The notes under the pieces: generated by a model | What the model was told of the DNA's origin: nothing | The model's input: the letters and a program-made list of their open reading frames with translations, nothing else | Database searches by the model: none | Shown here: positions 34,861 through 42,992 of the stretch, in pieces | How the letters are laid out: each line of letters starts with the position of its first letter | Numbering within the stretch: the first letter of the stretch is position 1 | Assembly (NCBI RefSeq): GCF_000737315.1 | Contig: NZ_JMCB01000003.1 | Location: 682,001 to 746,000, forward strand | Source: Hyalangium minutum | Lineage (GTDB): Bacteria; Myxococcota; Myxococcia; Myxococcales; Myxococcaceae | Length of the DNA: 64,000 nucleotides | Reading direction: 5' to 3' | Program-made: the position numbers and the translations under genes

Positions 34861-35511
34861 ATGACTCGCCTTCGTGATGATGCAACGCCTCGCCGTTTCG
34901 CGTGGCTGTGGCTCTGTCTCATGACGATCACGGCAGGCGCCTGCCGCTCCGAGAGGACGTCCACACAGGAGCAACCCACCGAGCTGCATGGTGTTGGCGG
35001 AGTGGAAGGCGTGGATGCCGCGTATGACCGATCCCGTCAGCCCGCCAAGCTCGTCGCCGCGCTGGGGATTGCCCCGGGACAGCGGGTTGCCGATGTCGGG
35101 GCCGGTCTCGGTTACCTCACGCTGCGGCTCTCCGATGCGGTCGGTCCAACGGGACAGGTGGTCGCGACCGACATCAATGACGAGGCCCTTGGGATGCTTC
35201 GCACCCGTGTATCCGAGCGGAAAAACATCGTGGTGCGGAAGGTGCCACCGGACGCGCCTGGTCTCGAGAAAGACGCGTACGATCTGATCCTTCTCTCCGA
35301 GGTGGACCACTTCTTCTCCGACCGCGTGGCCTACCTGACCCAACTGCGTTCCGCACTCACTCCGAACGGCCGGATTGCGGTGACGCACCTTCGGGCGATG
35401 CGTCCACCACTGGTCGCCGCCGCCGAGGCTGCGGGCTACTCCGTCGTCTCCGAGTACAACGGCCTTCCGGAGCACTACCTGCTGTTCCTACAGCCTGTGG
35501 TCAGCCATTGA
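34861..35511 (+). CDS. Class I SAM-dependent methyltransferase
   Basis: VADVGAGLGY, VVATDI. Possible lipoprotein signal (TAGA-C). Confidence 0.85.
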   Translation: MTRLRDDATPRRFAWLWLCLMTITAGACRSERTSTQEQPTELHGVGGVEGVDAAYDRSRQPAKLVAALGIAPGQRVADVGAGLGYLTLRLSDAVGPTGQVVATDINDEALGMLRTRVSERKNIVVRKVPPDAPGLEKDAYDLILLSEVDHFFSDRVAYLTQLRSALTPNGRIAVTHLRAMRPPLVAAAEAAGYSVVSEYNGLPEHYLLFLQPVVSH

Positions 35512-35578
35512 GCGCGGCCAAGCATTTCTTGGAAATCAGCTAATTCAACGATTCCAGCTTGACCGGAGCAGAGGGGGC

Positions 35579-37042
35579 ATGCTTCCTTCCGCCGCCATGC
35601 TCGCCATCCAGCAGAGACTGTCGGAAGCGTCACGGAGGTTCGGGTCTTTCGGCGCGCTCGCGCTCATGCTCGCGTGCCTCTGCGTGCCAACGTCGAACGC
35701 CCATGCGCAGGCGTGGACGCTCAGCACCCCCCAGCGGCAGGCCTACCTGCACTACTACGCCCCAATCGTGTTCAAGCGCGCCAACGCCAATGACAACCGT
35801 CATGGCTACGACTGGATCACGAACTTCAACTTCGATCAGGACGGCGACTTCTCGAACAACAAGCGCAACTGGAAGAACATCTACCAGTACATCAACGCCT
35901 CGCGCACGGGGCCGAGCGCTTATGAGAACTGGCGCATCCGGCCGACGCTCTACACCGCGCTCATCGAGTACATGGATGGGGGCAAGAACCTCGTCCTGAT
36001 CTACCACATCTATCACGCGCTCGATAAGAACGCCTCGGGCGACTACCAACTGCATGACTGGGAGCGCGTGGAGCTGCACGTCCGGAACGTGACCGGCTCG
36101 CCGGGGAGCGGTGAGTCCGTCGCGTTTGCCGTCGTCACGCAGCACAAGCGCAACGTGATCCGTCAGGCTGGCAGCACCGAGTTCCAGTTCATGCAGACCT
36201 CCACCGGCAAGCACCTGCTGCTCTGGCAAGCCGAGTGGTCGGACAAGCTGCTGGCGCCCCACGGGCAGGAGCTGCGCTTCGTGGGGGACTCGTATGCCTG
36301 GATCGCGAGCCAGATGGCGTCCTCGAGCGCCAAGGCCCAGGTCGACGTGAACAACGACGATGGCCGGAAGAACCTCCACTACGCCTTCGTGCCGCAGGGC
36401 TCGGCCGGAGCGGTCTCGGCCTTCGGCGCGCAGGCCATCAGCTACGCGACGGCGGACGCGCTGGCGAGCCGGATGGACAATGGCACGACCGCCACGTGGC
36501 CCAACGTCAAGCGAGTGACCTACGAGCTGCAGGACCTCGCGGACATCCTGCCGACGCACTGGCAATACGGTGGCTACCAGACGCACTGGCTGAGCACGGA
36601 CTACCGTGACTTCTACCTGGAGAGCCCGATCGTCAACGAGGCCGGGCAGGCCGAGGTCAGCCCGGGGATGCAGCGCTTCTACACCGCGACGCGGGACATC
36701 GAGAACGAGGACGACCGCGACGGCATCATCGCCAAGAAATGGCTCGTGGGAACCTACGAGCTCAATGCCAACGCCTCGGACTCGAGTACCGCGGACTACA
36801 ACGACTTCCACGCGAACGCCTGGGCCAGCACGGTGGCGGACTCTCGCGGGAGGACGCGCGCGAGCGCGAGCGGCTACCCCACCTCGCCCAACTCCTTCTG
36901 GTGGCAGCACGACTACTTCGTCCACTCCGGCACCGTCGACTCGACCGACGGTGTAGAGGTGGGCTTCTGGCTGCCGGGAGCGTGGTACCTGCCAGCGAGC
37001 GGTGGCTTCGACGGGCGATGGGTGCAGCTGTTCCCCGACTGA
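35579..37042 (+). CDS. Secreted hypothetical protein with HDWE motif (NPP1/Vps62-like)
   Basis: Signal peptide ending AHA-QA. YYAPIVF, NFDQDGD and LHDWERV motifs; aromatic-rich. Confidence 0.75.
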   Translation: MLPSAAMLAIQQRLSEASRRFGSFGALALMLACLCVPTSNAHAQAWTLSTPQRQAYLHYYAPIVFKRANANDNRHGYDWITNFNFDQDGDFSNNKRNWKNIYQYINASRTGPSAYENWRIRPTLYTALIEYMDGGKNLVLIYHIYHALDKNASGDYQLHDWERVELHVRNVTGSPGSGESVAFAVVTQHKRNVIRQAGSTEFQFMQTSTGKHLLLWQAEWSDKLLAPHGQELRFVGDSYAWIASQMASSSAKAQVDVNNDDGRKNLHYAFVPQGSAGAVSAFGAQAISYATADALASRMDNGTTATWPNVKRVTYELQDLADILPTHWQYGGYQTHWLSTDYRDFYLESPIVNEAGQAEVSPGMQRFYTATRDIENEDDRDGIIAKKWLVGTYELNANASDSSTADYNDFHANAWASTVADSRGRTRASASGYPTSPNSFWWQHDYFVHSGTVDSTDGVEVGFWLPGAWYLPASGGFDGRWVQLFPD

Positions 37043-37069
37043 TAAAAGAATTCCCAAGGGGAGATCACA

Positions 37070-38233
37070 ATGGCAGGTCGTTCGAGGAAGCTGCTCTGGG
37101 GTGCCGGTATCGTCGTGGCGCTGGTCGCTGTGTCGGCCGCGCTGTTCGGGCCGAAGATCGCGATGATCCTCATGTTCATCCAGGCCAGCAAGCCGCCGTC
37201 GACGACCTTCGCTGCCACGCCCCAGCCGCCAGCGCCCGACTACGGCTCCCCCGCAAGCTGGGCCGCACTTCCCGATCGCAAGGACGACGCGGACGTGGTG
37301 CCCGCCATGGACTCCACTGAGAGCCAGTCTGCTGCCCCTGTAGATGTCTTCTTCCTCCACCCCACCACGTACTTCAGCAACAAGACGTGGAATGCGCCGG
37401 TGGATGAGCCGATGGCGAGAGACATCGTCGAACAGGACATCCTCCGCAACCAGGCGAGCGCCTTCAACGCATGCTGCCGCGTCTACGCACCCCGCTACCG
37501 CCAGGTGGCGTATGGCGCACAGCAAGCTTCACCGGAGGAAGCAGGCAAGGCGTGGGACGTGGCCTACAGCGATGTACGTGCCGCCTTCGAGTACTACCTG
37601 AGCCACTACAACCACGGGCGGCCCTTCATCATCGCCTCACACAGCCAGGGGACGATGCACGCCCTCCGCCTGATGGAGGACTTCATCACCGGCAAGCCGC
37701 TGCGGGAGAAGTTGATCGCGGCCTATGTCCTCGGCGTCCCCATCCCGACGGATGTCTTTGCGCAGACCCTCCCCGACGTCCCGCTCTGCAACTCCCCCGA
37801 GCAGACCGGCTGCGCCATCACCTGGAACGCCATTGGCCCCACGGCGGATACGAGCCTCTTCCATGTCCTCCAGCACCGCTACCCGTCCGGGAAGAAGGCG
37901 TCCATTGTCGGCAAGGCGGTCACCTGTACCAACCCGCTCACCTGGAAGACGGATGAGGCGCCCGGGGAGCGCTCGGCCCACCTCGGAGGCGTGCGGTTCG
38001 CGATGGGGGCTGGCGCGCCGCCGAAGCTCGACCCGGCGCTGGTGGATGCACAGTGCCGCAATGGCTGGCTCGTCATCACCCCGCCTGAGCCCCAGACGTA
38101 CCGTGAAGTCCTACTCGGCGCAGACATGTATCACGTGTATGACTACAGCCTGTTCTACGGGAACATCCGGCAGAACGCGCAGACCCGCGTGAAGGCATTC
38201 CTCCAGGCCTTCGCTCCTCAGACACCTCCGTGA
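37070..38233 (+). CDS. DUF3089-type alpha/beta hydrolase, N-terminally anchored
   Basis: VDVFFLHPTTY, RVYAPRYRQ, ASHSQG, CTNPLTW, HVYDYSLFY. Confidence 0.85.
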   Translation: MAGRSRKLLWGAGIVVALVAVSAALFGPKIAMILMFIQASKPPSTTFAATPQPPAPDYGSPASWAALPDRKDDADVVPAMDSTESQSAAPVDVFFLHPTTYFSNKTWNAPVDEPMARDIVEQDILRNQASAFNACCRVYAPRYRQVAYGAQQASPEEAGKAWDVAYSDVRAAFEYYLSHYNHGRPFIIASHSQGTMHALRLMEDFITGKPLREKLIAAYVLGVPIPTDVFAQTLPDVPLCNSPEQTGCAITWNAIGPTADTSLFHVLQHRYPSGKKASIVGKAVTCTNPLTWKTDEAPGERSAHLGGVRFAMGAGAPPKLDPALVDAQCRNGWLVITPPEPQTYREVLLGADMYHVYDYSLFYGNIRQNAQTRVKAFLQAFAPQTPP

Positions 38234-38262
38234 AAAGGGCTCACCGGGTGATGCCGGTACCG

Positions 38263-38306
38263 GCGAGGTGCGGGTGGCGAAGGCTTACGCCACGCACGCA
38301 CCTCGC
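38263..38306. terminator. Long interrupted hairpin between convergent genes
   Basis: GCGAGGTGCG/CGCACCTCGC outer stem plus GTGGCG/CGCCAC inner stem. Confidence 0.6.
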
Positions 38307-38315
38307 ACTGGCCGC

Positions 38316-39206
38316 TCACATTCGTTCGCCGGGCAATTTGCTGGCTTGCTTCACCCAACGGGCGAATTGAGCTTCGTCGAGCGTGTCGCCCTCGTGGATG
38401 TCGAGGTAGCGCGTATCCTGGCTCTTGGACTCACCGGGGGGAATAGGACGCAGCGACGCGCCGCGGAAGAAAGCCACTTTGACGTACTTCGTGAAGCAAT
38501 GGAGGCTGAGGAACCAGCCCTGGCCCTCGGCTCCGTAAAACGGCGAGTTCCATTTGACCGCCTTGCGCACACCGGGAACGGTACGAACGATGAGCGCGTC
38601 GAGGCGGCGCCCGATGTCGTGCTTCCAGCCCGGCATGGCCGCGATATAGGCCTGCACGGGGGCGTCGCCGTCTCCCTTCGCGATCTGAGGGTTGCCACCT
38701 GAGAGGTAGCGCACCGGTGGTTCCTTCGCCGCGGCCTTCGTAGCCTTACGGGCTGATGACTTGGCGACCGCCTCGCGCTCGCCGGCAGAGGACATGTTCA
38801 GTGCCACAGCGGCGCGAATGAGCTCCTTCAACGCCTTCGCCTCAATCTTGTCGCCTTCATGGAAATCGATGGCGCGCCGGGTGTTGCCTTCGAGGCTGGA
38901 GTTGAAGAGGCCTGAAGGATCCCCCACCGAGGCGCCCTTGGCGAAGGTCAGCTTCACGGCGCTCTTGTACGACTCACCGGTGCAGATGATTCCGGCGTGC
39001 GACCACACCGGAACGCCCCACTTCCACTCCTCGACGACTTCGGGGTCAGCCTGCTTGATGAGGGCTCGGACCCGAGCGAGCGTCTTGCCCCGCCAATCAC
39101 CCAGCTCCTGGATTCGCGCATCTATCAGCTGAGAGGCAGAGTCTCCTCCTTGCCCTTCCTTCGAGACGCCCTTCTTCTTCTTCAGGGGGGGGGGCGCTTT
39201 CTTCAT
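38316..39206 (-). CDS. Tandem double DUF1801 (YdhG-like) domain protein
   Basis: Domain 1: IQELGDWRG...EEWKWGVPVW...KLTFAKGA. Domain 2: YIAAMPGWK...VKWNSPFYG...YLDIHE. Joined by a Lys/Ala linker. Confidence 0.85.
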   Translation of the reverse strand: MKKAPPPLKKKKGVSKEGQGGDSASQLIDARIQELGDWRGKTLARVRALIKQADPEVVEEWKWGVPVWSHAGIICTGESYKSAVKLTFAKGASVGDPSGLFNSSLEGNTRRAIDFHEGDKIEAKALKELIRAAVALNMSSAGEREAVAKSSARKATKAAAKEPPVRYLSGGNPQIAKGDGDAPVQAYIAAMPGWKHDIGRRLDALIVRTVPGVRKAVKWNSPFYGAEGQGWFLSLHCFTKYVKVAFFRGASLRPIPPGESKSQDTRYLDIHEGDTLDEAQFARWVKQASKLPGERM

Positions 39207-39547
39207 GGTCGTTGTCGCTTTCTCCATTTTATCGGTACTGGGGCATCTTGCCGACTGCGCCCGGATGGCCGGGCGGACACTACCGGAGGCGCGGACGCTG
39301 GCGCTCGCCTTCCTCGAACGCGCCCAAGGAGAGGCGGAGCTCAACCGGTTCTACGTTGATCAGGCAGCATTCCTCGCCGGCAACGAACCCGGCGGGTCGA
39401 GTGGAGACAGTCAGCTGCCCGAGTGAAGTCATCTTTTTTCCGATGCGCGGTTGGGGCAGTTCCTGGCCGGCCTGCGATTCCAGGGACAGGCCTGGGCTAC
39501 ACCTATGACTGCCTCGCGGCCCCGAGGCTGGCCCCGGCGCAGGGGCC

Positions 39548-41119
39548 TCACCAGGCGGTGTGGCGATAGTCTTTGAAGAAGTTGCCCCAGGCGAACTGGC
39601 CGGTGTTCTCCGAGGAGATGATCGGGTCCACCACGCGTGCTGCGCCATCCACGATGTCCAGAGGCGGATGAAAGTCGAACTCCTGCTGCTTGCGCTCCGC
39701 GAACACCACTGGGTCCTCATCGGTCACCCAGCCGGTGTCCACCGCGTTCATGAAGATGCGGTCCTTCGCGTAGTCCGGTGCGGAGGTCAGCGTCATCATG
39801 TTCAACGCGGCCTTCGCCATGTTGGTGTGCGGATGCTTGTCCGTCTTCGTCCCGCGCGAGAAGCTGCCCTCCATCGCGGAGACGTTCACGATGTGGCCGG
39901 GCGAGGAGCGGTCGCGCATCATCAGCGGCTTCAGCTTCCCGCAGAGGATGAACGGCGCCACTGCGTTCACCAGATGGACCTCCAGCATCTCCGCTGTGGA
40001 GACCTCGGCAAGCTTCATCCGCCAGGAGTTCATCTGCCGCAGGTCGACCTGCTGCAGATCCGCGTCCATCCTTCCCTCGGGAAAGAGGGAGCGCGTATCA
40101 CTCTCCTGCTCGAGGGCGTACGGGAGCAGCGACAGCGCGGCGGAGGAGTGGATGCCAAGCGCGGGATCACTGCTGCGCCAGGTGGGCCCGACCAAGGAGG
40201 TGCCGGTGCCAGCTGCCCCCAGGGTGGCGTGCACTGCCGCGACGCACTGCGCGTGTCCAGCGAGGAGCGGGCGAGCCTCTGCCGGGAGCTCCTCGAAGCG
40301 GCGCAACTCGCCCTCCAGCAGGTGCGCGTAGAAGCCGGGCGGGCGGCGCACCGTCTGCGCGGCGTTGTTGATGAGGATGTCCAACCGTGGGTGCACCTGC
40401 TCCACGTGCCGTGTGAAGAGCTCGACGCTGGGGGCGTGCCGCAAGTCGAGCCCATGGAGGTGCAGCCGATGCGACCACGCCGCGAAGTCGGGCTCTCTCA
40501 TGTAGCGCTGCGCGGCGTCATTCGGAAACCGGGTGGTCGCAATCACCTGAGCGCCCGAGCGGAGCAACATCAGCGACGCTTGATAGCCAATCTTCACGCG
40601 CGCGCCGGTGATCAAAGCGATCTTCCCGGACAGCGGCGCCCGCTGGGTCCGCTTGGCGTAGTTGAAGTCCGCGCACGTACCGCACATCGAGTCGTAGAAG
40701 AAGTGCAGCTTCCGGAACTCTTCCTTGCAGACGTAGCACTTGCGAGGCACTTCGAGAATCCGCTCGGGCCCCTCCGCGGGCGGCGGCGGGGGCAGCTGCG
40801 GGGCCGCGAACACGGCGGCGCTGCGCAGCGTCCGGATCCCAGCCTTCGCGCGGACGACGCGGTCATGGTCGTGCTTCGTCTGCTTCCGGTCGCGCCTCAG
40901 CGCCTTCACGTACTGTGCCTTCGCACGTCGATCCGGGTGCAGCACGCGGGAGGCGGCGGATAGGAGCGCGATCCGATCCGGCTCTGGGAGCCTCGCTAGC
41001 AGGAGGCGGTCCTCCCCCATGGCCTCGAGCAAGCGCGTGCACCGGCGCACCTCATCCAAGGGCAAGGCAGCCAGTAGCGCTGCGTCCGGTGGCATCGAAG
41101 CTCTCTGGGTATTCTTCAT
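39548..41119 (-). CDS. SDR-family oxidoreductase with N-terminal extension and 4-Cys finger
   Basis: CYVC...CGTC, then ALITGARVKIG, LINNAAQ, NVSAMEG, HTNMAKAALN, DTGWV. Confidence 0.88.
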   Translation of the reverse strand: MKNTQRASMPPDAALLAALPLDEVRRCTRLLEAMGEDRLLLARLPEPDRIALLSAASRVLHPDRRAKAQYVKALRRDRKQTKHDHDRVVRAKAGIRTLRSAAVFAAPQLPPPPPAEGPERILEVPRKCYVCKEEFRKLHFFYDSMCGTCADFNYAKRTQRAPLSGKIALITGARVKIGYQASLMLLRSGAQVIATTRFPNDAAQRYMREPDFAAWSHRLHLHGLDLRHAPSVELFTRHVEQVHPRLDILINNAAQTVRRPPGFYAHLLEGELRRFEELPAEARPLLAGHAQCVAAVHATLGAAGTGTSLVGPTWRSSDPALGIHSSAALSLLPYALEQESDTRSLFPEGRMDADLQQVDLRQMNSWRMKLAEVSTAEMLEVHLVNAVAPFILCGKLKPLMMRDRSSPGHIVNVSAMEGSFSRGTKTDKHPHTNMAKAALNMMTLTSAPDYAKDRIFMNAVDTGWVTDEDPVVFAERKQQEFDFHPPLDIVDGAARVVDPIISSENTGQFAWGNFFKDYRHTAW

Positions 41120-41451
41120 TGCCAGGGTGCATACCTGCGTGGGAGGAGCGAGGAAAGGGCCTCAGCCTTCCAGGCAGCGCCTTTTCACCCGGCGAAAGCC
41201 TGCATGGACCCTCCTTGAGAGGGAAAGCGAGGCCTCGCCTGAGTTCGAGGTGTAGCGTCGCCACGTCGCTCACCAGGGGAGCCGACTTGGTGGGCCGCCT
41301 GAGCAGGCGTGTGCTCCAAGCGGCTGCACGGCCTGTCCACCGGACCGGTGCACAGTCCAGGGGCTCCCTCAAGAGGGAGAGGATCCGGGGCCACAAGGAG
41401 TGAGCCCACCTGCTAGGAGCGAACTCGTCTCAAAGCGGCGGGTTGCTCTGC

Positions 41452-41480
41452 GTGGAGGAGGCGGGAATCGAACCCGCGCC
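41452..41480 (-). other. Isolated tmRNA/tRNA-Ala-like 3' fragment (T-arm plus acceptor 3' strand)
   Basis: Minus strand reads GCGGG-TTCGATT-CCCGC-CTCCTCC-A-C. No 5' half is present, because the upstream sequence is the lipase CDS. Confidence 0.5.
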
Positions 41481-41484
41481 CGGC

Positions 41485-42594
41485 TCAGTCGTAGGAAGCG
41501 ATGTAGTCGATGATGGCCGCGTAGAACTCCGGCTCATCGAACGTATCCGGGCCGAGCCCCACCACGTCCAGGTGGTCCTGATTGATGACGGCCGCCGTGG
41601 AGGTGGACTGCGTGGCCGTGGGCGCGTTGAGGTTGCTCACGTAGCCACGGTCCGCGTCCGTGCTCACCGAGTCGAAGCCCAGCAGCGACTCGCTGTAGCG
41701 CAGCCGGTAGCCCATCTGCTGCGAGTTGATGCCCACCAGCCCGTCGTCATCATCCTCGTTGCGGACGCCATCGCCCCGGCCAGCCGCACCATCGTTGTCG
41801 CAGTCGTCCGTGCACGAGCCGTCGCCGTCGATGTCGAAGAAGAACTGCTTCAGCAAGTAGAGCGCCGGGTTCACGCTGAGCCCGGACTGCGCGGTGATGA
41901 GCGAGGCGTAGCGAGTGGCATACCGCGAGTCCACCGGGTACGCGACGTTGAACGCCTTCATGCCCGTGGTCTTGCCATCGTTCGGATCGTAGTCGTTGTA
42001 CACGAGCTGCTTGGCGCCCGCGTACCCGTCATTGCCCGACTGGTAGATGGCATTGCCGTAGTACGTGGCCAGCGCGCTGATGACGCTGGTGACGCCAGGC
42101 CCCAGGTCCAGGATGTACTTGGCCACCGGCGAGCCCCGGTGCGGCGAGGACACGCTGATCGCCACCTTCACCACCGTGTACCCGCGGCGCTCGCGCAACA
42201 CCCGCGCCGCCTTGCGGATGTCGATGCCACCCTGCGAGTGACCAATCAGGTTCACGTACGAGGAGCCCGCCGTGGCCATGAAGCCTTCCACGTCATTGGC
42301 CAGATCCAGGCCGCGCACCTCGGAGGACTGGAACGCCGGCACCTGGGCCACGTAGGCCTTCTGGTCCCCGTCGATGTCCTCGTTACAGCCGATCTCCAGG
42401 AACGAGCACGGATCTCCCACGAAGGTGCCGTAGTCATCTCCCCAGTAGTCGACGCCGAGGAGGTTGTCGAAGCCACCCATGCCGTGGGCAAAGACGACCG
42501 GGTATGTCGTCCGGGCCGCTCCGGCCTGGGCCTGAGTGGAGAGCCCGAAGGCTCCGGCTGCCAGCGCTACGAGCGCAAACCGCAGTGCTTTCAT
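41485..42594 (-). CDS. Triacylglycerol lipase-like alpha/beta hydrolase, secreted (paralogue 2)
   Basis: SPI-type signal (TQAQA), PVVFAHG, GHSQG, DDGLV, DHLD. Collinear with 33542-34717. Confidence 0.9.
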   Translation of the reverse strand: MKALRFALVALAAGAFGLSTQAQAGAARTTYPVVFAHGMGGFDNLLGVDYWGDDYGTFVGDPCSFLEIGCNEDIDGDQKAYVAQVPAFQSSEVRGLDLANDVEGFMATAGSSYVNLIGHSQGGIDIRKAARVLRERRGYTVVKVAISVSSPHRGSPVAKYILDLGPGVTSVISALATYYGNAIYQSGNDGYAGAKQLVYNDYDPNDGKTTGMKAFNVAYPVDSRYATRYASLITAQSGLSVNPALYLLKQFFFDIDGDGSCTDDCDNDGAAGRGDGVRNEDDDDGLVGINSQQMGYRLRYSESLLGFDSVSTDADRGYVSNLNAPTATQSTSTAAVINQDHLDVVGLGPDTFDEPEFYAAIIDYIASYD

Positions 42595-42678
42595 CTGCCT
42601 GCTCCTGGATAAACGTGGGGGATGCCCCGCGGGGGGCTCGGCCATTATACCCAGAGTGAAGGCAGATTGATTCGGAAA

Positions 42679-42888
42679 TCAGTCGCCGAAGATCTTCCGG
42701 AACAGGCGGACCACGGAGCGGGACAGAGGCGTGGCCACGGGCTTCACCTCCTGGTTCGCCCCGAGTTCCACCTTGGGCTTGCGCAACGTCGGGTCCACGG
42801 AGAACACGCTGAACTCGTCGTCTCCTTCGAAAGCACTCAAGACCTTGGCGGAGTGGTTGGTGGTGGGGGTCTTGGGCTGCTTCGACAT
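42679..42888 (-). CDS. Small hypothetical protein
   Basis: 69 aa with GAGGA RBS, host-like codon usage and an amphipathic C-terminal VVRLFRKIFGD. Confidence 0.6.
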   Translation of the reverse strand: MSKQPKTPTTNHSAKVLSAFEGDDEFSVFSVDPTLRKPKVELGANQEVKPVATPLSRSVVRLFRKIFGD

Positions 42889-42992
42889 AGGCTTCCTCGG
42901 TCTCTCAATCCTGAGGCGGAGTATGCACTGACTCCGCCCCAGTTATCTCACTACATCCGCCTACAGTTGCGCAACCGACAGGCCTCGCGGTG

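Noticed and set aside
39260-39426. Short plus-strand ORF (PEARTLALAFLERAQGEAELNRFYVDQAAFL) as a gene remnant
   Set aside because: It looks protein-like but has no recognisable family, RBS or start context.
41230-41396. Trm112-like remnant (MWPRILSLL...GLAFPLKEG)
   Set aside because: Weak motif similarity only, the Cys pattern is absent, and the ORF runs into the SDR gene. It cannot be supported without a profile search.
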